From the NCBI GenBank assembly GCA_964016885.1, contig OZ024752.1, positions 8,432,001 to 8,496,000 on the forward strand: a stretch of DNA of 64,000 nucleotides, given 5' to 3'. The stretch comes from Eledone cirrhosa (Eukaryota). The notes beneath the pieces were generated by a model. The model worked only from the letters and a program-made list of their open reading frames with translations, was not told the origin of the DNA and searched no databases. A program made the position numbers and the translations under genes. This document shows positions 33,301-46,200 of this stretch, piece by piece; positions within the stretch are counted from its first letter, which is position 1, and the number at the start of each line of letters is the position of its first letter.

Positions 33301-36300
33301 TACTATTACAGCTACACTATACTTACCCAACATACTATTACAGCTACACTATAGTTACCCAACATACTATTACAGCTACACTATAGTTACCCAACAGACT
33401 ATTACAGCTACACTATAGTTACCCAACAGACTATTACAGCTACACTATAGTTACCCAACAGACTATTACAGCTACACTATAGTTACCCAACAGACTATTA
33501 CAGCTACACTATAGTTACCCAACAGACTATTACAGCTACACTATAGTTACCCAACAGACTATTACAGCTACACTATAGTTACCCAACAGACTATTACAGC
33601 TACACTATAGTTACCCAACAGACTATTACAGCTACACTATAGTTACCCAACAGACTATTACAGCTACACTATAGTTACCCAACAGACTATTACAGCTACA
33701 CTATAGTTACCCAACATACTATTACAGCTACACTATAGTTACCCAACATACTATTACAGCTACACTATAGTTACCCAACATACTATTACAGCTACACTAT
33801 AGTTACCCAACATACTATTACAGCTACACTATAGTTACCCAACATACTATTACAGCTACACTATAGTTACCCAACATACTATTACAGCTACACTATAGTT
33901 ACCCAACATACTATTACAGCTACACTATAGTTACCCAACATACTATTACAGCTACACTATAGTTACCCAACATACTATTACAGCTACACTATAGTTACCC
34001 AACATACTATTACAGCTACACTATAGTTACCCAACATACTATTACAGCTACACTATAGTTACCCAACATACTATTACAGCTACACTATAGTTACCCAACA
34101 TACTATTACAGCTACACTATAGTTACCCAACATACTATTACAGCTACACTATAGTTACCCAACATACTATTACAGCTACACTATAGTTACCCAACATACT
34201 ATTACAGCTACACTATAGTTACCCAACATACTATTACAGCTACACTATAGTTACCCAACATACTATTACAGCTACACTATAGTTACCCAACATACTATTA
34301 CAGCTACACTATAGTTACCCAACATACTATTACAGCTACACTATAGTTACCCAACATACTATTACAGCTACACTATAGTTACCCAACATACTATTACAGC
34401 TACACTATAGTTACCCAACATACTATTACAGCTACACTATAGTTACCCAACATACTATTACAGCTACACTATAGTTACCCAACATACTATTACAGCTACA
34501 CTATAGTTACCCAACATACTATTACAGCTACACTATAGTTACCCAACATACTATTACAGCTACACTATAGTTACCCAACATACTATTACAGCTACACTAT
34601 AGTTACCCAACATACTATTACAGCTACACTATAGTTACCCAACATACTATTACAGCTACACTATAGTTACCCAACATACTATTACAGCTACACTATAGTT
34701 ACCCAACATACTATTACAGCTACACTATAGTTACCCAACATACTATTACAGCTACACTATAGTTACCCAACATACTATTACAGCTACACTATAGTTACCC
34801 AACATACTATTACAGCTCCACTATAGTTACCCAACATACTATTACAGCTACACTATAGTTACCCAACATACTATTACAGCTACACTATAGTTACCCAACA
34901 TACTATTACAGCTACACTATAGTTACCCAACATACTATTACAGCTACACTATAGTTACCCAACATACTATTACAGCTACACTATAGTTACCCAACATACT
35001 ATTACAGCTACACTATAGTTACCCAACATACTATTACAGCTACACTATAGTTACCCAACATACTATTACAGCTACACTATAGTTACCCAACATACTATTA
35101 CAGCTACACTATAGTTACCCAACATACTATTACAGCTACACTATAGTTACCCAACATACTATTACAGCTACACTATAGTTATCCAACATACTATTACAGC
35201 TACACTATAGTTATCCAACATACTATTACAGCTACACTATAGTTATCCAACATACTATTACAGCTACACTATAGTTATCCAACATACTATTACAGCTACA
35301 CTATAGTTATCCAACATACTATTACAGCTACACTATAGTTATCCAACATACTATTACAGCTACACTATAGTTATCCAACATACTATTACAGCTACACTAT
35401 AGTTATCCAACATACTATTACAGCTACACTATAGTTATCCAACATACTATTACAGCTACACTATAGTTATCCAACATACTATTACAGCTACACTATAGTT
35501 ATCCAACATACTATTACAGCTACACTATAGTTATCCAACATACTATTACAGCTACACTATAGTTATCCAACATACTATTACAGCTACACTATAGTTATCC
35601 AACATACTATTACAGCTACACTATAGTTATCCAACATACTATTACAGCTACACTATAGTTATCCAACATACTATTACAGCTACACTATAGTTATCCAACA
35701 TACTATTACAGCTACACTATAGTTATCCAACATACTATTACAGCTACACTATAGTTATCCAACATACTATTACAGCTACACTATAGTTATCCAACATACT
35801 ATTACAGCTACACTATAGTTATCTAACATACTATTACAGCTACACTATAGTTATCTAACATACTATTACAGCTACACTATAGTTATCTAACATACTATTA
35901 CAGCTATACTATAGTTATCTAACATACTATTACAGTTATACTATAGTTATCCAACATACTATTACAGCTACAGTAGTTATCTAACATAGTATTACAGCTA
36001 TACTATAGTTATCTAACATACTATTACAGCTGCAGTAGTTATCTAACATACTATTACAGCTACAGTAGTTATCCAGCATACTATTACAGCTGCAGTAGTT
36101 ATCTAACATACTATTGCAGTAGTTATCTAACATACTTTTACAGCTGCAGTAGTTATCTAACATAGTATTACAGCTATACTATAGTTATCCAACATACTAT
36201 TACAGCTACAGTAGTTATCAAACATACTATTACAGCTACAGTAGTTATCAAACATACTATTACAGCTACAGTAGTCATCTAACATACTATTACGCTACAG

Positions 36301-39300
36301 TAGTTATCCAACATACTATTACAGCTACAGTAGTTATCTAACATAGTATTACAGCTATACTATAGTTATCCAACATACTATTACAGCTACAGTAGTTATC
36401 TAACATACTATTACAGCTGCAGTAGTTATCTAACATACTATTACAGCTGCAGTAGTTATCTAACATACTATTACAGCTACAGTAGTTATCCAACATACTA
36501 TTACAGCTACAGTAGTTATCCAACATACTATTACAGCTACAGTAGTTATCCAACATACTATTACAGCTACAGTAGTTATCTAACATACTATTACAGCTAT
36601 ACTATAGTTATCCAACATACTATTACAGCTATACTACAGTTATCCAACATACTATTACAGCTATACTATAGTTATCCAACATACTATTACAGCTACAGTA
36701 GTTATCTAACATAGTATTACAGCTATACTATACTTATCCAACATACTATTACAGCTACACTATACTTATCCAACATACTATTACAGCTACACTATACTTA
36801 TCCAACATACTATTACAGCTACACTATACTTATCCAACATACTATTACAGCTACACTATACTTATCCAACATACTATTACAGCTACACTATACTTATCCA
36901 ACATACTATTACAGCTACACTATACTTATCCAACATACTATTACAGCTACACTATACTTATCCAACATACTATTACAGCTACACTATACTTACCCAACAT
37001 ACTATTACAGCTACACTATAGTTACCCAACAGACTATTACAGCTACACTATAGTTACCCAACAGACTATTACAGCTACACTATAGTTACCCAACAGACTA
37101 TTACAGCTACACTATAGTTACCCAACAGACTATTACAGCTACACTATAGTTACCCAACAGACTATTACAGCTACACTATAGTTACCCAACAGACTATTAC
37201 AGCTACACTATAGTTACCCAACAGACTATTACAGCTACACTATAGTTACCCAACAGACTATTACAGCTACACTATAGTTACCCAACAGACTATTACAGCT
37301 ACACTATAGTTACCCAACAGACTATTACAGCTACACTATAGTTACCCAACAGACTATTACAGCTACACTATAGTTACCCAACAGACTATTACAGCTACAC
37401 TATAGTTACCCAACAGACTATTACAGCTACACTATAGTTACCCAACAGACTATTACAGCTACACTATAGTTACCCAACAGACTATTACAGCTACACTATA
37501 GTTACCCAACAGTCTATTACAGCTACACTATAGTTACCCAACAGACTATTACAGCTACACTATAGTTACCCAACATACTATTACAGCTACACTATAGTTA
37601 CCCAACATACTATTACAGCTACACTATAGTTACCCAACATACTATTACAGCTACACTATAGTTACCCAACATACTATTACAGCTACACTATAGTTACCCA
37701 ACATACTATTACAGCTACACTATAGTTACCCAACATACTATTACAGCTACACTATAGTTACCCAACATACTATTACAGCTACACTATAGTTACCCAACAT
37801 ACTATTACAGCTACACTATAGTTACCCAACATACTATTACAGCTACACTATAGTTACCCAACATACTATTACAGCTACACTATAGTTACCCAACATACTA
37901 TTACAGCTACACTATAGTTACCCAACATACTATTACAGCTACACTATAGTTACCCAACATACTATTACAGCTACACTATAGTTACCCAACATACTATTAC
38001 AGCTACACTATAGTTACCCAACATACTATTACAGCTACACTATAGTTACCCAACATACTATTACAGCTACACTATAGTTACCCAACATACTATTACAGCT
38101 ACACTATAGTTACCCAACATACTATTACAGCTACACTATAGTTACCCAACATACTATTACAGCTACACTATAGTTACCCAACATACTATTACAGCTACAC
38201 TATAGTTACCCAACATACTATTACAGCTACACTATAGTTACCCAACATACTATTACAGCTACACTATAGTTACCCAACATACTATTACAGCTACACTATA
38301 GTTACCCAACATACTATTACAGCTACACTATAGTTACCCAACATACTATTACAGCTACACTATAGTTACCCAACATACTATTACAGCTACACTATAGTTA
38401 CCCAACATACTATTACAGCTACACTATAGTTACCCAACATACTATTACAGCTACACTATAGTTACCCAACATACTATTACAGCTACACTATAGTTACCCA
38501 ACATACTATTACAGCTACACTATAGTTACCCAACATACTATTACAGCTACACTATAGTTACCCAACATACTATTACAGCTACACTATAGTTACCCAACAT
38601 ACTATTACAGCTACACTATAGTTACCCAACATACTATTACAGCTACACTATAGTTATCCAACATACTATTACAGCTACACTATAGTTATCCAACATACTA
38701 TTACAGCTACACTATAGTTATCCAACATACTATTACAGCTACACTATAGTTATCCAACATACTATTACAGCTACACTATAGTTATCCAACATACTATTAC
38801 AGCTACACTATAGTTATCCAACATACTATTACAGCTACACTATAGTTATCCAACATACTATTACAGCTACACTATAGTTATCCAACATACTATTACAGCT
38901 ACACTATAGTTATCCAACATACTATTACAGCTACACTATAGTTATCCAACATACTATTACAGCTACACTATAGTTATCCAACATACTATTACAGCTACAC
39001 TATAGTTATCCAACATACTATTACAGCTACACTATAGTTATCCAACATACTATTACAGCTACACTATAGTTATCCAACATACTATTACAGCTACACTATA
39101 GTTATCCAACATACTATTACAGCTACACTATAGTTATCTAACATACTATTACAGCTACACTATAGTTATCTAACATACTATTACAGCTACACTATAGTTA
39201 TCTAACATACTATTACAGCTACACTATAGTTATCTAACATACTATTACAGCTATACTATAGTTATCTAACATACTATTACAGTTATACTATAGTTATCCA

Positions 39301-40987
39301 ACATACTATTACAGCTACAGTAGTTATCTAACATAGTATTACAGCTATACTATAGTTATCTAACATACTATTACAGCTGCAGTAGTTATCTAACATACTA
39401 TTACAGCTACAGTAGTTATCCAGCATACTATTACAGCTGCAGTAGTTATCTAACATACTATTGCAGTAGTTATCTAACATACTTTTACAGCTGCAGTAGT
39501 TATCTAACATAGTATTACAGCTATACTATAGTTATCCAACATACTATTACAGCTACAGTAGTTATCAAACATACTATTACAGCTACAGTAGTTATCAAAC
39601 ATACTATTACAGCTACAGTAGTCATCTAACATACTATTACAGCTGCAGTAGTTATCTAACATACTATTACGCTACAGTAGTTATCCAACATACTATTACA
39701 GCTACAGTAGTTATCTAACATAGTATTACAGCTATACTATAGTTATCCAACATACTATTACAGCTACAGTAGTTATCTAACATACTATTACAGCTGCAGT
39801 AGTTATCTAACATACTATTACAGCTGCAGTAGTTATCTAACATACTATTACAGCTACAGTAGTTATCCAACATACTATTACAGCTACAGTAGTTATCTAA
39901 CATACTATTACAGCTATACTATAGTTATCCAACATACTATTACAGCTATACTACAGTTATCCAACATACTATTACAGCTATACTATAGTTATCCAACATA
40001 CTATTACAGCTACAGTAGTTATCTAACATAGTATTACAGCTATACTATAGTTATCCAACATACTATTACAGCTGCAGTAGTTATCTAACATAGTATTACA
40101 GCTATACTATAGTTATCCAACATACTATTACAGCTACAGTAGTTATCTAACATACTATTACAGCTATACTATAGTTATCCAACATACTATTACAGCTACA
40201 GTAGTTATCTAACATACTATTACAGCTACAGTAGTTATCTAACATACTATTACAGCTACAGTAGTTATCTAACATAGTATTACAGCTATACTATAGTTAT
40301 CCAACATACTATTACAGCTACAGTAGTTATCTAACATACTATTACAGCTATACTATAGTTATCCAACATACTATTACAGCTACAGTAGTTATCTAACATA
40401 CTATTACAGCTACAGTAGTTATCTCACATACTATTACAGCTACAGTAGTTATCTCACATACTATTACAGCTACAGTAGTTATCTAACATACTATTACAGC
40501 TGCAGTAGTTATCTAACATACTATTACAGCTGCAGTAGTTATCTAACATACTATTACAGCTGCAGTAGTTATCTAACATACTATTACAGCTGCAGTAGTT
40601 ATCTAACATACTATTACAGCTACAGTAGTTATCCAACATACTATTACAGCTGCTGTAGTTATCTAACATACTATTACAGCTACAGTAGTTATCCAACATA
40701 CTATTACAGCTGCAGTAATTATCCAACATACTATTACATCTACAGTAGTTATCCAACATACTATTACAGCTATACTATAGTTATCCAACATACAATTACA
40801 TCTATAGTAGTTATCCAACATACTATTACAGCTATACTATAGTTATCCAACATACTATTACAGCTATACTATAGTTATCCAACATACTATTCATCTACAG
40901 TAGTTATCCAACATACTATTACAGCTATACTATAGTTATCCAACATACTATTACAGCTACAGTAGTTATCCAACATACTATTACAGA
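30305..40987. repeat. 30/32-bp satellite, ~10.7 kb, intergenic
   Basis: Units agttatccaacatactattacagctacagt (30 bp) and agttacccaacatactattacagctacactat (32 bp). Confidence 0.98.
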
Positions 40988-41692
40988 CATGTAATTTACA
41001 ACTATACTTGAATATAAGCAGAGATCCCTATTTTGTCTGAGAAATGGGCAAAAATCTAAACCCCATTTATAAACCAAGGCAGCTAATCAACATGTCTAGA
41101 TACTTCCCATCCCCTGCCATTTTCCAGAGCTTCTTTTGGTCAGATCTTCATGTGACCTGCATGGATGAGGGAAGAAGTACCAGGAAATGCCAGTAGAAAG
41201 AAGCCGCAGTAGAGGTAGACTGAGAAAGACTTTTCTTGGGACATTCTAACCCATATCAGAGCTGTGATCTCTCAATTCGGAGAAGTAGCAGCTCTACCTG
41301 AAGTGACTCTTTGATCTCTGAGCTACACACTCTATCAAGTAACATTACTCCAAAGACCCTTTGGAGAATATTATTCAGGAAAAAAAAAAAAAAAAAAAAA
41401 AAAGGGGTTTTTTAATTAAATTAATTAAAAATAAAATCAGTCGTTAATTTTGCACTATCCTAATATTTGCTTGATAAAAATTACAAACTAAAGAAAATGG
41501 TCAAATAAAAAGAAACTTGATGGTTTCCAGTCAGTTTTCATGATGAGTATACAGATTAATTGGGCTACCTATCTGTTAAATGTGTACCTGTAACATAATG
41601 TTGATAATTGGGTTACCTGTTAAATGTGTACCTGTAACAATGTTGATAATTGGGTTACCTACCTGTTAAATGTGTACCTGTAACATTATGTC

Positions 41693-42055
41693 ACCTCTCT
41701 CTGTTCAAACCGGCTATAACCAGCTGCTCATACTGATGTTAACCCTTTAGCATTTAAATCAACCATATCCACCTCTTTCTGTTCAAACCAGCCATAACTG
41801 GATATTGATACTGACATTACGGTTTTATTCTCAAAATAAATAATATCAAAATCTTGTAGATTCAATATTATGTGAGGTAAAGTGTTTATCATGAAAATAC
41901 AATAGAATATATAGAGTAATGTAAATGCTAAAGGGTTAAGGTATTGTTCTCAAAATAAATAATATCAAAATCTCATAGAGTTGATATTATGTGAGGTAAA
42001 GCCTTTTCTGTGAAAATACAACAGTATATATAGAGTAATGTAGATGGTAATGGGT
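41693..42055. mobile_element. Nested piggyBac-type MITEs (inner copy 41739-41939)
   Basis: Inner copy flanked by TTAA interrupts the outer copy at its internal gTTAAgg. Confidence 0.85.
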
Positions 42056-43073
42056 AAATTTTCATATGCAGGGTTGGGTCAACCCAAGGCTAAAGTGAAA
42101 GACATGTCCAAGATGCCAAGCAGTGGTTTCGAACCTGTACCATGATTGCACTGAGAGAGAGAAAAATGATGACAAAAAATAAATAAAACAACAGGTAAAT
42201 TAAATAAAAACAAATACAAGGTGTTGATTAAACTTTGACCTAGTAAATTTTAATGAAGATAATGTGCAGATTTCACAGATTTTTCTTCAAAGGGGGAAAA
42301 ATTGTATAAAATAAAATAAAAAAAATTCATTCTTTTGTTGAATAATAAATAGCCGGACACACATACACACTTGTATATGAATTTATCTGCTACTACAGGC
42401 TCTTGTTTTGAAGTATGTTTGTGTGTATGTGTCTGTATGTGTGATTAGAAGAACAACACATACACACACACTCATACAGACAGACAGAATACTAAAGTCT
42501 TTGAACCAGTAGAGAAAAGGCAGAAGAAGGTTGTCAGTCATTTAACAATAATTCCATAGAATTATCTCTGAGTTATTTTATGTTCTTTTAAAAAAAAAAA
42601 AAACAGCATTGTCCAGTGGTGTACATGAGTGAAGTGAAGTGATGCTGAAGAGGATTGGTCAGAAAGTGCTCAACAGGAAAATGGCAGTACCAGTCAATAA
42701 AAATCTACTAGAGGCTTTTCAAGAATGACTGTTGATTTGAGTTTTGATTTTTTTCTATTTTTAAAAGATTAACTGCTTTTGTTGTTTTGTAGTTTACTAC
42801 GACACAATCAATACTGATTGGAGGTCGTGGTGAATAGAGAATGTATTTGATAGTGTAGCATGTATTAAACATGTGGGATGTTTGAGGAAAGGGATAGAGA
42901 GCACGGGAGAGAGGGGGGGGGGATAAAGAGAGAGCATGGGAGAGAGGAGAAAGAGACAGCCCTATTGTAGAATGACGTCCCATGAAGTGGTTGAACATCT
43001 ACAATTAGGATGTTTGTGGAGATAGATAGATAGAGAGAGAGAGACAGACAGACACCCCTATCATATCCTAGAC

Positions 43074-43217
43074 TCAATGACGGTAAGAATGACGTCCCAT
43101 GTAGTGGTTGTAGTGACCGATGTAAGGCAACGACTGGTTATGATGGCCATAGTGAGAATATGGCCGATGATATGAGTTCTGACTGTAGGGAGAGGACTGC
43201 ATTCGACCATAACGCCA
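43074..43217 (-). CDS. USP36: USP36-like terminal exon
   Basis: Strong T-rich acceptor ...tttcattgcag, phase 0; WRYGRMQSSPYSQNSYHRPYSHYGHHNQSLPYIGHYNHYMGRHSYRH then TGA. Confidence 0.7.
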   Translation of the reverse strand, partial: WRYGRMQSSPYSQNSYHRPYSHYGHHNQSLPYIGHYNHYMGRHSYRH

Positions 43218-46200
43218 CTGCAATGAAACAAAGAAAAAAAAACCATTGATATATATAAAAAAAAACATTGATATATATATAAAAAGTATTGAGAAATATA
43301 TAAAAAAAGTAACAAAGTATTTTTTAAAATTTCCCCTACACTACATCAACATTGTTTAATGTCTATCTTCCGCGCTAGCATGGGTTAGACGGGAATTGTC
43401 CCACTTGAGGCAAGATTGATCGGGTGACAGTGTCTCACTCATATAGGACTATCTGGCAGGTTTTCTACGGCTGGATGCACTTTCTAACACCAACCATATT
43501 TACAGTGTGGACTGGGTGTTTTTTACCGTGTTACCTACACGACCACTTCACAGTGTGGTTGATACAATGATCGATATTTTAGTGAATATATTTTGAGGCA
43601 AGATAGAAACTGGGAACAATACAATAATTAACACGGCTTGTAGTGAAGATAAAAAGTGCTGGTGTTGGCTAACTGGGGAAATTTCTACTGATTAGCTAAG
43701 ATGATATAAAGTCAGTCTCAAGCCAGGAGGCTCATCAGGTTGGTGCTGATCCCGGTTTCGTGGTGTGAAGCGACTGAGAGTACAATACTCCCTCCCTGGG
43801 CAGGACGCCAGTTCATGGCTTGGTAAAACCCCCAGCTATTGCTGGTATTCATTTTCAGCTGAGTATACATGTAATGAAGTGTTTTGCTCAAGAACACAAC
43901 ACGCAACCCAGCCCAGAGGTGTCTAGTACTGTCATGTCTGGCTTCTTGTTCTTAAATCGTGGATAAAGTGAAGTTATGATGGTCATGTTTCTTAGAGGCA
44001 TTACACTGTTAATTGAAATAAAAGAGCTTCAATTTGGGGAGGGTTTACAGTCTGGGTCAGTTCTTATTTGGATTTTCTGCCCTCCTAGGACAGGTCCTGA
44101 CAACTATGCTTTGCTACTTTTGGCATAATTTCTATGGTGGGATGCTCTTCCTAACAGCAACCACTGGTTACATTTCATGATGGCACCAACCACTAGATAT
44201 ATTATGTCTACAGCTTAACTGATCTCTGTATGTTACCTCTGATCAAATGTCAACAACTTAACTGATCTCTCTCTACATTACCTCTGATCAAATATCATCA
44301 ACTTGATAGAAACAAAACACGCAGTAAGCAGGTGAAAGGAACTCACCTTCTCTTTGTTACGTTCATTGTAAAGCCGCTGAAAATTATTTATTCCACTCTT
44401 GTACATATGGTTCAATCTCTGTTTTTTTATTTTTTTCACCTGTTTGAATAAATGGTTGAATTAATTATAGAATAATAATAATGGTTTCTGATATAGGCAC
44501 AAGGCCAGCAATTTGAAGGGGGGGGGGGTCGATTAAATCGACCCCAGTGTGCCACTGGTACTTTATTTTATCGACCCTGTAAGGATGAAAGGCAAAGTTA
44601 ACCATGGCGGGATTTGAACCCAGAACGTAAAGGGCCGTAACTATATGCCACAAAGCAGTGTGTCCGACGCTTTACTGATTATAATAACATTAAAGTTCAG
44701 TATGGCCAACTGGCTTGTCCCCCCCTCAAAGTGGTGTCATCCAGTCCCAGGTCAGGAAATATGGACAATTTCCCAAACAGCTTTATACATGGCAATACTA
44801 TAGAGGGGACACTACTAGTTTGAGACAAGCTCTACAGGATAGAAGACCCAACATCTAAACATGTCCACACTCACTGGTGAAAACACCCTACAGATCTGGC
44901 TATTACCCTAGTCTATAGTGAGCTGCCACCTTCCTTTAGAAGGGAGACATGGCAAGTCTTCCTCTGCCTGGTAACTATGGCAAAGGAAGCTGTATGGAAG
45001 ACATGTCTAAAAAGGTTTGAAGATTAGAACCGTCTCTCCAGTCAAGCCTTCATCAACTTAGAGAGGAAGGTACTACCTTCTTCTCCAGCCAAGCTTTTAT
45101 CAACCTAGAGAAGGTGCTACTTTCCTCTCCAGTCAAGCCTTCATCAACTTGGAGAGGAAGGTACTACCTTCTTCTCCAGCCAAGCTTTCATCAACTTGGA
45201 GAGGAAGGTACTACTTTCCTCTCCAGCCAAGCTTTCATCAACCTGCAGAGGAAGGTGCTACCTTCTCCAGCCAAGCTTTCATCAACTTGGAGAGGAAGGT
45301 GCTACCCTCTAGTGTATCTTATGGATGAGGGCATCCAGATTGAAGCTTCTAAGTTTTCAATAAATACTTATCTGCTTAACATTTCTAAAAATAGATCATT
45401 GTTAACAATTAAGTAAACAAATAATTCTAAGACAAACGAAAGAAGTTTATGTGCTCCTTCTATTAGGGAGGAACATTTGTATGGAAACTTCAATAAAATA
45501 ATATTGTAGGTTCAGCATAAATAGAAAGAAAATCCACTTACTTTTCCTCGATCATAATCCTCATTATAATCATGAGACATATACCGTTCATGTCTGCTGC
45601 GTTCTCGTTCAAGTTGTTGATCAAGGAGAGATTTACCACCTTCCCAAGACATCACTGCAACAATATCAAAATATAATTCAGTTAAACAAGACTTCAACTT
45701 TAACTCTTTACCATCTACATTACTCTATATATATACTATTATATTTTCACGGTAAACACTTTATTTCACATAATATCGAATCTGAGATTTTGATATTTAT
45801 TTTGAGAACAATACCTTAACATAAGTATGAGCGGCTGGTTTAAACAGAAAGAGGTGGGAGAATTCTGGCTGGATATGGCCAAGTTAATAATGAGACTTAA
45901 TCACATTTGTATATATATTTATATATATATTGGAACATTGGTTCACAAACATAATTCATTCCTGAAAGCCATTTGTTACCCGAAATGTTCATAAACTGAA
46001 ACTATTTTCCCCATACAAAATGTTGAGAGAGAGAGAGACTGTGTGTGAAAGACATATCACCATAGTAACTAACTACACAGCAAGTGACACTTTCCTGCCA
46101 ATCCCAACCGTTGTTGTCAGCTTGTGTATTTGTTACTCGAGGCACTCTTCATAAACCAAAATGTTTTATGTTTGGAGAAATTGTTTGTGAACGAAGGTTC

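Noticed and set aside
30305-40987. Cys-rich ORFs (MLDNYCSCNS)n on the minus strand
   Set aside because: By-product of the 30-bp satellite unit; broken wherever 32-bp units occur; no splice or start context
41380-41435. Poly(A) tract as a retrocopy tail
   Set aside because: No upstream processed gene or TSD; homopolymer-rich and possibly error-prone sequence
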